Part shown: positions 51,549-64,000 of the stretch, one piece after another | Numbering within the stretch: position 1 is the first letter of the stretch | Layout: every line of letters begins with the position of its first letter | Assembly: GCA_010093815.1 (NCBI GenBank) | Contig: ML996567.1 | Source: Pseudovirgaria hyperparasitica | Taxonomy: Eukaryota | DNA length: 64,000 nucleotides | Direction: 5' to 3' (one strand) | Position numbers and translations under genes: made by a program | The notes under the pieces: generated by a model | Told to the model about the DNA's origin: nothing | The model's database searches: none | What the model saw: only the letters and a program-made list of their open reading frames with translations

Positions 51549-52259
51549 TTACTCGCTGTCTTTGTGTTCTTGCGCCTTTTCCGCTCTATATTGCTGCAAA
51601 CATTTCCCCAAATATACTCTATACACTGCAGAATGCACCGTAACGAGGGTATCATCATTGAAACCTAGAGCACGGGCGGCGTTGTCGAGACCTACAGCAC
51701 GAGTAACGATTTCGAGACCGTCCAGCGCACCATCAGTGCGAGAACCGTACTCGACATCCTTGAGTTGGCCAGATGCCTCATCCCCCCGCTCGCCATCCAT
51801 GCTGTCCCACATATCCGGATTCCCGGTGCAGAACAGGTTTCCAAGTAAGCTGACGTCGTGGCGGTTTTTGCAATTAATAGTCAGCTTTTTCAAGTCTGTT
51901 GTGCGGGCAAGTATAGGGGCCAATTGAGGACCGATGCGGCACTTCCGGGAGGAATCCGGTATGTCATTGACGATGAAGCGGCGGAAAGAAGCCCATTTTG
52001 TAGGTCTCGCTTCGAAGCGGACTTTGGCTGCGTTGATGTCCTTGAGGAAGACTTCGTTGTCGTACAGGTATTGCGTAGCTTCGTCGTTGATCTGTTTACA
52101 GGTTTGCAGAAGGGCGAGGCAGAGTGGCTTGTAACGATCCTCTTCCCATATACGATCGCCTGGACGGGTCACGTAGATGGGTTTATCTGAGGTGAGGCAT
52201 GACTTGTAAATCTTATCGAGAAGCTCGCTTGGGAGCGAAAGCAGTTGACTCTGTGTCAT
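51549..52259 (-). CDS. F-box-like fungal hypothetical protein, tandem paralogue
   Basis: LLSLPSELLDKIY...ALLQTCKQINDEATQYLYDN; shares a IG..xAPIL..xT.L..L.xxC..RH.V segment with the 50286-51089 protein. Confidence 0.7.
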   Translation of the reverse strand: MTQSQLLSLPSELLDKIYKSCLTSDKPIYVTRPGDRIWEEDRYKPLCLALLQTCKQINDEATQYLYDNEVFLKDINAAKVRFEARPTKWASFRRFIVNDIPDSSRKCRIGPQLAPILARTTDLKKLTINCKNRHDVSLLGNLFCTGNPDMWDSMDGERGDEASGQLKDVEYGSRTDGALDGLEIVTRAVGLDNAARALGFNDDTLVTVHSAVYRVYLGKCLQQYRAEKAQEHKDSE

Positions 52260-55051
52260 CGGAGTCGTGGTAGTTCGAGACAGAGCCGTCGACGATGACG
52301 CTAAGGGAATGTATTCGATGATGGAAACAGAGAGACTGGAAAGAAAAAGGCAGCAGATAGTAAAGGTAGCTAAAAATCCTCAGGTATCTGGAAGAAAAAA
52401 AATTGACAGCAAAGATGTATGTGTATCACGAAAGCAAACGGCGCGCACTGCTTGCTCAGCATTCTTTTGCTCACTTCTCCCGCGAACCGAAAACAACGTA
52501 TTGCTCCCAACGTCGGTTTCCTGACACAATGCAAATGGACTTGCCTCCACCACTGTACTCGACTTGCCTCCACTGCACACGAGAGCATGGAAAAGTGGCA
52601 CGAATCGTTTGTCCTCTGCGATTTTCCCTGATATGTCCGTGTCATACACCGGTTCCAACGGATTACAGTCTTGCTTCTGCTTGCTTGATGGAAGAGTCAC
52701 AGGTGTCTTTCTTTGTCCCTAAAAAATCTCTCGCTCGTGTGAACTGATATTTTTCAGCCCAGGGGGGAACGGAAGGTCTGGCTTTCGATTCCATGTATAT
52801 CCATCCATCCATCCATTTATGAACTCTCCACATCTACATCCACGCCCACATCCACATCTACCCCCTAAACACTCCCCTCCCACAACCCCTAAAACCCCGT
52901 CCCCCCTTAAAAAAACACTCATCTCCCCAAAATCAAACAAACACGCCCCCTCCAAATCGCCTTGCCGCTGTCGTGGACTGCCATGATTAATATTATGTGA
53001 CGAGAAGAAAGAGTAAGCAAGCAAGCAAGAATGGCGCAAACGAGTACGATTTGGAGGGAGGATGGGAGAGAGATAGGTAAATGTAAACAGACTCAAAACG
53101 AGCAAAGCACGCACATAATACTGAAAATAAGACGTATATCCATACACATATACATACACAAGTTACTCAAAACCCCAATCCATATCTATGGCGGTGCACC
53201 GCACAGAAATGAATCTGTAGAACAGCATTCGTGAACTTCACCCCCCTTTGCCCATCAACAGCAGCAGAGTTCAGGAGTCTTCCCCATGGCCGATGGATGC
53301 TATGGCCTGGAGAAAGGAAAAAAAGGAAAGGTCAAGGATGATGGCACAGAGTTCGGAGCCTAGACCGTGAATGAGTGTGATGTGGAACGCATCGCAGACC
53401 TTGACTAGTAAGTACACAACGTCGTGAATGACGGACGCAGGAGATTCGGCGAACGGGAAACACACCAACGGGATGGTTGACAAGGGGGCGAACAAATCCG
53501 ACGCTTTGGGATTCGTGATGCTGCCACGCGTATGCCAGGCGACACTGTCAATCAAACGGTGTGGAATGATGAAGAACAACTCAGCGTGTATTCCCAACTA
53601 AAAAGCCGACCCAAAGGCGGCCCAAATGTTTCGATTGTAATTTTGTTATCTAATGACCCATATGATAGCGGTGCCCAAACGCACTCTCTCAACCTCATCT
53701 CTGTGATGAATCTCAACCCTATGAACCTTGGGGAGTAGTAAAAAGGAATGAAACAAAGCACAAAGTGTTTCCCGTGCAAAATGACCAAATTTTCGTCTAA
53801 GCCCAATGCGATGATGGTAATAAGAAGTAGGGAATGTAGACATGTAATCACCACCGTACGTCTTTTGCAGATACGGAGTGCGAGGTGAAGAAGAAGTATA
53901 GAAATCGCAACCAACAGCTCCTTGCAATGTAGCTTCCGAAGAACGCCTTACAATAACAATTTTTTTTAGCGACCTTCCAGCTGAAGACAGAAGAATTGAG
54001 TGGTAAGGGCCTTGGGAGTCCACGCCCATTCACTGCCCTATCGACACCAATGTGGAGAACATGACAAAGAGGAAACAAACTCCCTCGCCCATCGAATCGT
54101 TTAAAAACCTTTCAAGCGGGGCCGAACTATAAAGGGGGCATGAGAAAGAACCTATAAACGCGCTCCAGTGTGATAAAGAAAAAAAGGAAACCGTGTCGTC
54201 AATTACAAATAGCCGCTAACATGATGCACAAGATTGGTGATGCGAGAAATAGACGAGAAAGCTCATGAAAGTAAGGGTGAAGCGAAAGCAAAATGTGGTC
54301 ATAAAGTTAAACCGATGCTGTTTAGGAATGATGTGCAGTGCAGTCGTAATAGTCGCACCATTTCTATAGTGTTTTAATGCGCCAATGATGGCGCGTCTTC
54401 ATGAACAGGGCTAGGGTATGGATTGAATAGGCGGCAGCATGCGTGGATGCAGCCAAGACCGGAGAACCGATATGCGTAGTCGAGTCAGTTTGTCGGTCAA
54501 GTGATGGCCTCAAACAAGAAAAGGTCGCACAAGGAGTCGAAATGACGCGCAATATTGAGGGACTGCAGAGGAGAGCAAGTAGCCGCGGGTATGGCACGTT
54601 GACTGAGGGCCAGATAACGTTGGAGCCATCACCAGAGCTAATCTCCGAACCCAGATTTGCGAATGAAAATGGACATGCAGAGCCAGGCTTGAATAGCACG
54701 CAGGGGTGACTTCCAACTGCAACTGCCAAAGCTCCGAGCTCGCAGCAGAAGGACTTCCCGGGAAAGGAGTCTTTGCCGTAATCGGAGTGAAAGCCCATGC
54801 AGAGTCGATCCTCTAATATGTAGACGCAAAGCAGGGACGCGTTGAAACAGCCAGGGAATCGTGAACATGCGCAAGGAAACAAAACAAAGTCTTAAATAAC
54901 GACAGAGAAAAGGCAAGGTGCCAAGTGAACTTTTAGTGAGCACACAAGATGGCGCTCGTGAATCTTGTGACAGCGTCAGAGTGGATTGGGGATTCATTGA
55001 CATGTTCGCTGTGCAAGATTCGTGCTGGTCGGAGATGGTCATCCAGATTGC

Positions 55052-56500
55052 TTAACCAGCCACAGGCTGCGTGGCAAATCCGGAAGTCATCATGTACGGC
55101 GGGTGTCGTGCGCAGCAGTGGAAGCACGAGCAATGCGGAGGATGACCATTGTAAAGATTGTACTGCTGGGAAGCTGCACCAAAGCAAGAAGACCCGTAGC
55201 TAGGCAGATGCTGTTGCAGAGCGGCCATTGGCTGTGAAGCCGGAGGGAATCCAAACATAGTGCGACGAGAGTAACCTTCAGGCGGTGGTGGAGGGGCCCA
55301 GGTGGTCGCGTTGCCGTAATACTCGGGCGTGGTAGGGCCTGAAAGAGGTGCAGTCGAGGCTGGAGAATGATCATGCGTGGACCTGGCACTCCATGGATCG
55401 TACTGCGAGTAAGCCGGAGCGCTGTACTGAGAAGGCGTGTGCTTCAGCGAGTAGTCAGGAGTAGGCAGCTGCTTGAAACCAGCCGTGTAGGGGTTCGTTG
55501 AAAAGCTCTTCATGCCGCTGTACTGGTGCAGAGAGGTATCGATCGGTGCTAGCTTCGTCTGGCGGTTGGCACGAGCCACAGCATTCGCTTCAAACTCTTT
55601 CCAGTGTTTGAGCCACGTGGTGAATCCTTGGGCCTCCTCAGGATTGCGGTGCAATCGGAAGTCAAAGGCTTTCAGCCACTGGGACTCAAGCACATTCAGG
55701 TCAGCCACGACAATGCCGCTGACATCAGCCCAAGACCGGTTGATGAAGGTGTTGTCGTCCAAGAACTTGCTGCCTAGTAAAAGGCCGAGGGTAAGGAACC
55801 TGTGCAAGTTGGTTTCCGGGTTCATCTGCGGGCCTTCTTGGGAGAGCTGTGTCATGCGCAACGACAAGTAATGCAAACCCAGAAGAATGGTCGCTGACGG
55901 AAGCCGGGTGGCAGTGAGAACACCACCGACCCACTTGCGGAAAGAAGGAGGCTGTGGACGATTGGGGCTAATGCTTCGAAAGATGTCAATATCTGCCATG
56001 CAGATGGGGGAGTGAAGAAGTGCATACATTCCCTGTGCCATGTCAGACACAAAATCAGTCATGACATCCAACTCATAGTCTAGATTTGCAGAGACACCAC
56101 CAGTTGGCTTCTCCTCTTTCTGCTGGGTGGCCCGAGCGTCTGTGTTGCGCTGTGCTCGCAGCATGTCTGCATCGGCCATTGTCCGCTGGTCCGTTCCACG
56201 CATGGGAGGCAGAATCGGTGCTACGACAGGCTCATAGTAGGAAGCAACTGCGTTGTTGGCATAGCCACCGTGATGCTGCTGCTGTCCATACATAAGAGCT
56301 GACTGAACAGACGGCAGATGTGGCTGGTCGTAGCGCTCTGAGTAACCAAAACCGCCGTCGTCATGCTGTCTCATCAACGATGGTGCCCCGTGTGTGAGCT
56401 GTGGATACTGGCGGGCACAGCTGTTATTGTAACCAGGGACAAATTCTGGGGGAGTGAGAGGCATATGCCGAGGCATGTGACGGGGATAGTAAGCCGGCAT
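55052..56500 (-). CDS. Pho80/Pcl-type cyclin, Clg1-like
   Basis: KPTGGVSANLDYELDVMTDFV, FRKWVGGVLTATRLPSATILLGLHYL, LLLGSKFLDDNTFINRSWADVSGI cyclin box. Confidence 0.88.
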   Translation of the reverse strand: MPAYYPRHMPRHMPLTPPEFVPGYNNSCARQYPQLTHGAPSLMRQHDDGGFGYSERYDQPHLPSVQSALMYGQQQHHGGYANNAVASYYEPVVAPILPPMRGTDQRTMADADMLRAQRNTDARATQQKEEKPTGGVSANLDYELDVMTDFVSDMAQGMYALLHSPICMADIDIFRSISPNRPQPPSFRKWVGGVLTATRLPSATILLGLHYLSLRMTQLSQEGPQMNPETNLHRFLTLGLLLGSKFLDDNTFINRSWADVSGIVVADLNVLESQWLKAFDFRLHRNPEEAQGFTTWLKHWKEFEANAVARANRQTKLAPIDTSLHQYSGMKSFSTNPYTAGFKQLPTPDYSLKHTPSQYSAPAYSQYDPWSARSTHDHSPASTAPLSGPTTPEYYGNATTWAPPPPPEGYSRRTMFGFPPASQPMAALQQHLPSYGSSCFGAASQQYNLYNGHPPHCSCFHCCARHPPYMMTSGFATQPVAG

Positions 56501-57800
56501 GGCTGGTTGGTACAGGCGCTATGGTATAGAAAAAACTGGTGTTGACGGCACCCTGGAGACTGATGCATTAGATGGTGTCGCGCAGTATCGTGACTGTAGG
56601 CTTACTGTTTCTTCTATTCCCGACCGCAAAGAGCACGAGCAGAAGCTCTGAAGGGCTTGCTGTAGATCTAGACGGTGGCGATCATGCAAGTGGTAGCGAT
56701 ATTAGATGGTGTTGTGATGGATCAGCGATAGAAGGATGGAAACTTTTAGGTAGTGAGAAAGCTGTAGGTTGAAGAAAAGCAAGCGTTGAAAATTCGAAGG
56801 GCGAGGAGCGACTTTTGAACAGCGGTGACAAGCTTGTCCTGAGTGAAGCTCAACAAGGGAGGAACGTGTCCCGGGTGCGCGCGTGGTTGGACAGGTGGCA
56901 GCTGAAAAATTGAGGCTGCGTAGGTAGGTGAAGTGAAAGTGAGGAATGTGTGGCGTAGACTTGACAGATCCCACAGAACGGCAAAACGACTCTAACTGAA
57001 TAGATCGCTGTGCCGCAATGAAATGTGAAGTGTTTGCGGGAGAGAGTAGACAAACTTTCTTCGAAACTTCGAAACTTCGAAACAAGACCTGTCGATCGGG
57101 CAAGTCGTCGTGGCGGTTCAGGCAGGGAAGGATGCAGAAAAATCGCGAGGAGAATCCCAAAGCCACGTTTTTCGAGGACCCAAGAGGTGTAGTCGAACGC
57201 TGCGAGAAATGATGACACCGGCGAGTTTGCTGCAAGACTTGGTTTTGAAATGCGCCTTGATAGATGACCGAAGAATCACACCAGGCTTCACCTGATTAAG
57301 GATGAGGAATGATGGGGCTTGGTCTATGCAAATGTGACGAGAGCGCAGTCGTCGGTTAACTTTTCTTGTATCGAAGATCACCGAGTAGTCTTCATAGGTT
57401 ATAGGCTCGCTCTTTCTGTAGAACAGTCGTTCGACCGTGTTCAAGAAGTGAAAACGTGGTGGATCGAGGAACGGAGAAGCTGCGAGGATGTAACCGATAA
57501 AGGTGCTACGGGAGCAAGGACGACGCTAGTAGGCAGTTTGCAAGAGGCGAAGAAATTGATCGAGAGGTTGACAGGAGCGGAGAGGATCGGAATTGGAGAA
57601 GAAAGAAGAGGTGTGGAGGATGAGAGGATGAGGGTGAAGGGAGAGTGCGAGAGAGAGTGTATGATGAGGGTAGGAGACGGAAAGGGAGAAAGTGTGTGTG
57701 TGTGGGTTGTGTTGGTGGTGAGGGCGGCGAGAGAGAGAGAGTCAGAGGAGAGACCCTGGCGCTACTCTGGGCGACCTGGACTAAGGGAAAATAGTGATGG
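56501..57800 (-). promoter_or_regulatory. Putative long 5' leader of the cyclin gene with a UTR intron and two short uORFs
   Basis: Intron 56605-56560 (GTAAGC..CTAAT..CAG); uORFs MIATV* (56685-56668) and MKTTR* (57395-57378); pyrimidine-rich tract on the minus strand at ~57540-57760. Confidence 0.5.
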
Positions 57801-60552
57801 ACTGGACTGGGGGGAGCGGCGGCGGCATTGCACGCACACACACACACGACGCCACTGACCAGTGACCAGTAAAGTGACCACCACCCCCAGGACGGACGCG
57901 CAAAATTGCGACTGGCGAAAAAAGCCTTTTTCCTTCCCTCCTGACTGGACCGACTCTTGGCCCTGCCCACCCACGCTGGTCTCTCTGCCTGTCCAACACC
58001 GACTCGTGCTAGTACTCTTCTTAATAATTATCGCCCCCCTATTAAAAACAACACGCTCATGCTGCACACACACACACTTGCTGCACAATAATTGGGCTTT
58101 TCATTCTCTCGCTCCTGTGGCAGTGTGGTCCCCGTTCCCGACACAGGCCGACCTGGGAAATTAAATCCAGTCCTTGATTTGCCCTGGTGTCGTTCGCTTC
58201 TTCTCCACACAAGCACTTGGTAGTAGTTAGTCATAATGAATGCATAGTATTACTGTATTAGTCTACTGTACTTTCATTGAAAGCAATAGCCTGATCCCTA
58301 CGTGCTCGTCTATTCCAGTCACCACTGCCGTTTGTCATGTCTGCGCCCCTTGATGATGATACTATACACTTGATCAAATCATGATGGATGCGCTGCACTG
58401 CGCTGTGCTGCGCTGCCACCTCCGATCCGCGGGCGGAGCATGGCTGTCCTGCCCCGTTTGCCCGTGGGGCCATGTGTCTGTCTGTCTGTCTTGCTTGCGA
58501 TCCTCGCTGCTCGAGCCAACGTCTGCTCGGGGGGCGACCGGGTTCAGGTTGGCGTCATGCAGATACACCAGACTTGTGGCATTGCATTGATGATGGAGCA
58601 TCTGAGAATCTCAGGAATGATGAGACAAAACAAAGGGCCACGTCGCAGCTTGTCCACCAGGGCTCCAATATTCTTTCATCCTTCTCCTTCCGCCTGTTCT
58701 CGGCATGCCTAAGCCGGCCGCGTTGGCTAGTGCCGACATAGTGGCCCTGGGCTCTCTCTGCTCGACATGCTGAGCAGCAGTGAGGTCATGACATGACGTC
58801 TGGAGATCGAAAGATTAATACCGTGTCGGCAACGGAGGAACATTGAAATTTCTCGTTAATCTATACAAATTATTCTTTCCACAGGGCTTAACAGAGTCGT
58901 GCCATGGGGGAAACAGGTTCCTTCATACATCCACTGGCTACGTGGTCCCATGGATGGCGAATTAGGTGCAATGGCGCAGCCCACACGGCCATTTCTCCTC
59001 GCGAAGCGAACCAACGGTCAACCGCATGATGGATGTACAGCGCTCCCCATTCTTGGGTTTGTGTGCAGTGCATAAAGTGCAATTCGTTCCGGCGGCTCAT
59101 TCATTCAGTTCGGCACTACGGGTTTCTGGTTCCTAAACAGTTTTTCTCTCGTGTGGCTGCAGAGTCAGGTTTTCCGCTGAAGCTTGTCCAATGACAGAGC
59201 CCGAAAGCCTGCGCTGCTGACATGAAGCTGATTCTGGTGACCACTTCTACACCGCAGCTCCAGACCTCTCACCATGTGTTGCCATAATAAGTCTTTAAAA
59301 GTGCAGCCTGTTGAGTGCTCACGACGCCTCGGGAAGAGTGCCCGGCTTCAAGACGCTGTCGCCTGGTTAGACAGAGTTGAACATTTGGCGCAGGTCTTGA
59401 CGCGTTATTCTCGGGGTTGGGCTCCATGACCTGCAGGAGGACCATAGCGATCCACAGCGGGCCTCATGCTCGGCTCTATCATCTATCTTGCAAGACCATC
59501 TGGCACACGCCGGCCGGCTGCGGACACTCTCACTCGTCCATCAGTCAGAGTGGTAAGCCGGCATGTGGTGTGTAATGCTCGAGAGTCATCTTCACCGCAC
59601 CGCACCCTAAACGCACTGCAGTTCACGGGAGACAATACGTCTCTCGACAGTAGACAAGCAGGCTGGCAACGCTCGAGTACCTGATGCTGTAGCTCACTCC
59701 TGTCTGTACACTGCCGAATCTGTGTAACTTTAGACCGATCGATTGGAGCGGCCTGGTAGGACTTTGTCCGCATCGCTGCCCGGCGCGTCGACTTGACGTA
59801 CGTGGTCGCAGCAAAGCAGAGTAATACCTCCGACCGGCCCAGTCCTATTCTTGCTAGCCAGCTGGGCCCACGTCGTCATACGCACATTCATGAGCACTTT
59901 GCCCGCGAGCATTTTTTTGGCGCTTCTAGCCGGTCTATAGGCGATGGTAGCTGTACCTGGCCAGCATAATCATCATCATCGTCATCATCTGTCACATTCT
60001 TTGGCGTCTCGCTCGCGTCGGTCTCCCTCGGTGTTTCTCCATGATGCAGTCTGCTAGTCACCTAGTCATGGTCATCAATAGTCATGCAGTCGCTCCCCAG
60101 AACAGTCCTCGAGTCTCGAATCTTGTGTGAGGAAACGGGAAGCGAACTGTGGAACTGTGGGCACATCCTCGGCTGATTTACGCACACACCTTACTGCCTA
60201 AGGCTGCTGATTCAGGCACGTAGGTACCCAGGCAGTAAGGCACGAATGAATATTTCAACATCTGATGTTGTGAGTGGATAATATATATGATATGATTGGT
60301 CGGCCTCGAACACGCTAATGATACATCTTCTCACCTCATTCATTTTCTCCTACTTTCATCTGGCATGCTATACAGTTATATTCCGATGCACCAGATAAAG
60401 GCAACAACAGGATACCATCTCAAAAATATGACACTAGACCAGAAGTTAGTTCTCTCTGCAGGCCTACAGGGTATATAGCCACGAAAAAAAAAACGTGAGC
60501 TCAGACTATCAGAGTGCCCCTGTACAAAGGACTACTACTGTGGCCTGGCATG

Positions 60553-63500
60553 CTACTTCGACTCCAGTCCCAATGGTGTCATCTTATCTGCCAATGGTAC
60601 TACAGGATCCCTCCCGGCACCTACGCTCTTGACTTCTGCAAAGTCCAGCCCCCTTCTGATGACAACCAAGTCACCCTTTCTGGCAATGGCAAAGTCTCGC
60701 TTGCATAGGAGGATGAGGAGCTTCCCTGCCATATTCCGCCATTCAGACAACACGAAAAAGTGCCGCTTGTACTGCTGTGTCGCACCGAAGCTCCGCGTGT
60801 CAAGACTGCACACCCACAGGTCGGTGTCGAGGAAGTAGAGGATGTGATCTACCGCTGCTATCAGATGGTCTATTTTGGCACCAATATGCTCGAACCCGGG
60901 CGAGGCAGTCAGGAGAGACGCAGTGTTGGTGAAGCTAGGGGTAGGCCAGCACGTGAGGGTTCTGGTATCGTTCTTTGACAGACGTAGGTCTGCGGCGATA
61001 TAGGGTGAAATAACGAGCGATATTGGGACTGAGTCTGCGGTGACGAGCACGCGATCGAGCTTGATTGTCGTTGGAGTGGAATTGTCCCAGGGATTGAGGC
61101 TTGCTTCCTGGCTATTCATGACCAAAATAGTTCGAGGGTCTGTGGGTAGTTGGGCAATAGCAGACCCAGGTATTGCTGACATTTCGTACAGTTTTGTACC
61201 ATCAGGGCTCCAAGCCCGGTATACTGACTGACCTACAGCTAGGATATTCTTCGTGGATGGTTCAAATTGAATTCCAGTGGTCGATTCGTTCGTTTTGATA
61301 TCTCCAAGCATCTCTTGTAGAGCCCAGCTGGTTTCTTTCTTGGACACCTGCGCAACAAGTAGTCGCCCTGACTCATCAGCGCTGCTTATATGAAGACCAT
61401 CAGTCTCGGTTATGGCCAAGGCTGTGACGGCAACATTTACAGCATGCGAATAGAGGACTCCACCGGTGCTCGCATCATTAGTTGAGAGCCATGAGACTGT
61501 TCCGTCCTCTTTTCCAAGAAATGCAACCAGGCCGTCAGCCGTCATCTTCATGGCCGTTATCTCCGGAGCGTTTAGCCCCTCTAGAATACTACCTCTTCGC
61601 GCTGTTGAGGGTACAGGGAGACTAAATTCGCTGGAACTTCCACCGTCTACGTCCTTGCGTACTAGTATAGCAGGTTCCCAAAGTCGACATTGCGTGGACC
61701 GGATGTCCATGAATCGCAAACTATCCTGACTGAATGCGAGGGCACGAATACCGTGTTCGTACGCATCAATTCGATATATCATGCTTAGCCTGTCGCCAGC
61801 AGAAACCCCCAAAATTAAACACTTGCAACGTGCCTTGTGAGCTACCTGTCACAAGTGTTCGTCCATCAGGAGAGCATGTTAGGCAATGAGCAAAGACACT
61901 GGGGATCTGATCCCTCGGCTCAGCCGTCCAGAGGTCATAAACAACGAGCTCTCCGTCGCCGTAGGATACTATGAGAACGTTGATTTCAGGGCTTGGGTTG
62001 AACGCAATGGCATCGACGCCGTACTGACTCGTCGATCGTGTGTAGTCTCCTAAGCTTCCCGCGCGAATGAAACTCAGAGGTAGTCGCTCATTGTCCACGT
62101 CTAATAGTAGAACTGTCTTGCCTCGATAGCTCACAGCCAGGGAAGTATAGTCATCAGAAAAAACTGCCAGACTAGGTGACTGACTAGGAAACTGCTCTAG
62201 ATCGGAACTGTCTATGCTTCCGACAAGATTTATCACGTTTATCTCAATACCATCGCCTACCCGTAGAGTTCGCAAGGTATTATCTCGACAGGCCACCAGT
62301 AAGAGTTCGTCATCAATGGTAAACATTGCTGACATTATTGGATGCGTCACACCATGCTTCCATAAATTTTCTCCGGTATCTGTGTCCCAAAGACAGGCAT
62401 GCCGCAATCCGATTGTAAGAAGCCAGCGCTCATCGTTGGCGAATTGCACGAGCTTTACCCGCTCAGCATGGCATAAGGTCTTTGTCAGTTGGAAAGAACC
62501 GCCGTCGTAAAGTTTGACTGCGCCTTTAGATAAACCAATCGCGAATAGTCTCTCGCCATAAGTGACGGCAGTCGTCTGAGCACCTTGAAAGTCAATTCGC
62601 GCTAGACAATCGTCCCAAGACTTTTGATACAGCCCCTTCACAAGGAGACCACGCTGTCTAGCCGAGTACATCCGGGCGATGATAGAGTCAGAAGGACATA
62701 TTGGAGGTATCAACGAATGGATCGAGGACGGTGAGGCAAGCAGCTGAGAACGAAATTTGGCACTAACGCGAATCAGGTCTGTGGCCCATAGCTGTACTGT
62801 TTCGACTTCTCGAGATACTGGAGGATAATGTTTTGCTCGTCGCTCTAAGAAAGCTCCCAGGTTCTTAGCGGCTCGTATCAATATTCCAAGGTCCTTTGAT
62901 CGGGCCGCGTATTCGATCCAGGAAAATACATTTCCTTTGAAGAACAAACACAGTTCTTCAAGTGGACCAGGATGTACCGATGTGGATCTATATATGTGGT
63001 CCGAGAAAAACGAACAAACATATCCTTCAAAGGCACTCTTCGAAGCAGGGTTGTCTGGTTTGAAGGGCTTCGTATTGCTAAACGACCGTCGTGCAACGAA
63101 AGGAGGACGGCCATTCAGGATCTTCTGTTCTCTGAACCAGTCACTGGACAAGAATCGAGCGCAAATGCTTGCTAGATAGGCGTGGCTCACTTTCCTGTCG
63201 ATTTGCAGCTCAGGGATGCAATTCTGCGCGATCATGAACTCCTTGGCAGTTTGATGAACCATTTGCACACGCGAGGCGTGATCGATAAAGACTAGATGGC
63301 CACAAATGGAAGCAATAGACTGTTCCAGTCCATGCACAGTCTCCTTTATGTCTAGCTTGAGCGCATACTGCAGCTCTTGGACCGTCAAGGGGCGGATGGC
63401 ACAGACGCACCAGGTCAAAATCGCTCGAGCTAACTTCGTGTTTCGATTTGACTTGAGAATATTGCGAAGCATCCTGGCGTAGACATCATTCATGTCCGGA

Positions 63501-64000
63501 GGTACTTCATTTAGGACACTTTCGATGGCTTCTTCACTATACGTAGTTTTGAGTTCCCGTACAATGAGCCGTACCCACAAGAAAGAGCCATTGGCCTTAG
63601 TGAGAAGTTGCTCCTCAAGCCATGCCCTGGTATCACCATACCCCACTGGCAGTTGATCCATCATTGAGTCAAGGTATATCTTGACGTCTCTTGCCGTATC
63701 AGCTGCCGATATTTGACGCTGTACCACCGATCCCTTCATAGTCCCAAAAGCATGCTCTATTTCGGGGATCCTACGACTTGTTATCAGAATGCGCAGATTT
63801 GGCGGTGGTCGACCAAGTAACGAAAAGAGTGCATGACTATTGCTGCATTCATCAAGTCCATCAATGACCCAATGATGAAATTGTGAACCTTCAAGGGGAA
63901 AAAGACATCTTTGAAAGAGTTTCCGCCAGACTGCCCTCTCATCCTCTCGATCCCAGGATACGTCTTCTTTCTGAAGCTCCATCATCTTGTTCCTTGAGAT
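60553..64000 (-). CDS. NACHT-WD40 NLR-like protein (HET-E-like architecture), 5' end outside window, with an internal frameshift near 61810
   Basis: WVIDGLDEC (Walker B), ILITSR, ANGSFLWVRL, VPPDMNDVY, RPLT..EL, VQMVHQTAKEF, then WD40-like repeats continuing in a second frame (60553-61812). Confidence 0.85.

Noticed and set aside
52700..55040. Multiple 100-170 aa ORFs
   Set aside because: Low-complexity, UTR-like sequence downstream of the cyclin; no domain signatures.

Overview
Gene-dense window from a filamentous ascomycete (Pezizomycotina; short GT..CTRAC..YAG introns and a RIP-type AT-rich relic, possibly a Dothideomycete). About 24 protein-coding genes can be supported, including BTB proteins, an MFS transporter, a flavin monooxygenase, an M6 metalloprotease, trimethyllysine dioxygenase, RPT5, a SKY1/SRPK kinase, an SDR, a Gfo/Idh/MocA oxidoreductase, an M28 carboxypeptidase, a BBE-like oxidase, a lactonase, two F-box-like paralogues, a Clg1-like cyclin and a NACHT-WD40 NLR-like gene. 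There is also one tRNA-Arg(CCG), a probable RIP-mutated solo LTR and several simple repeats. The most unusual element is a zinc-dependent cytidine/dCMP-deaminase-like gene (48311-49510) whose catalytic motifs (HAE, GADLYVAR, SRPCYRC) lie in alternating reading frames, so an active enzyme needs two frame corrections, by atypical introns or by ribosomal frameshifting. It sits directly beside the RIP relic. Other leads are a 271-nt structured intron, a ~1.2-kb ATG-depleted cyclin leader with two 5-codon uORFs, a probable inactive PD-(D/E)xK nuclease-fold protein, a homopolymer frameshift in the NLR gene and a candidate H/ACA-like RNA. All calls come from reading the sequence and recalling family motifs; no searches were run.
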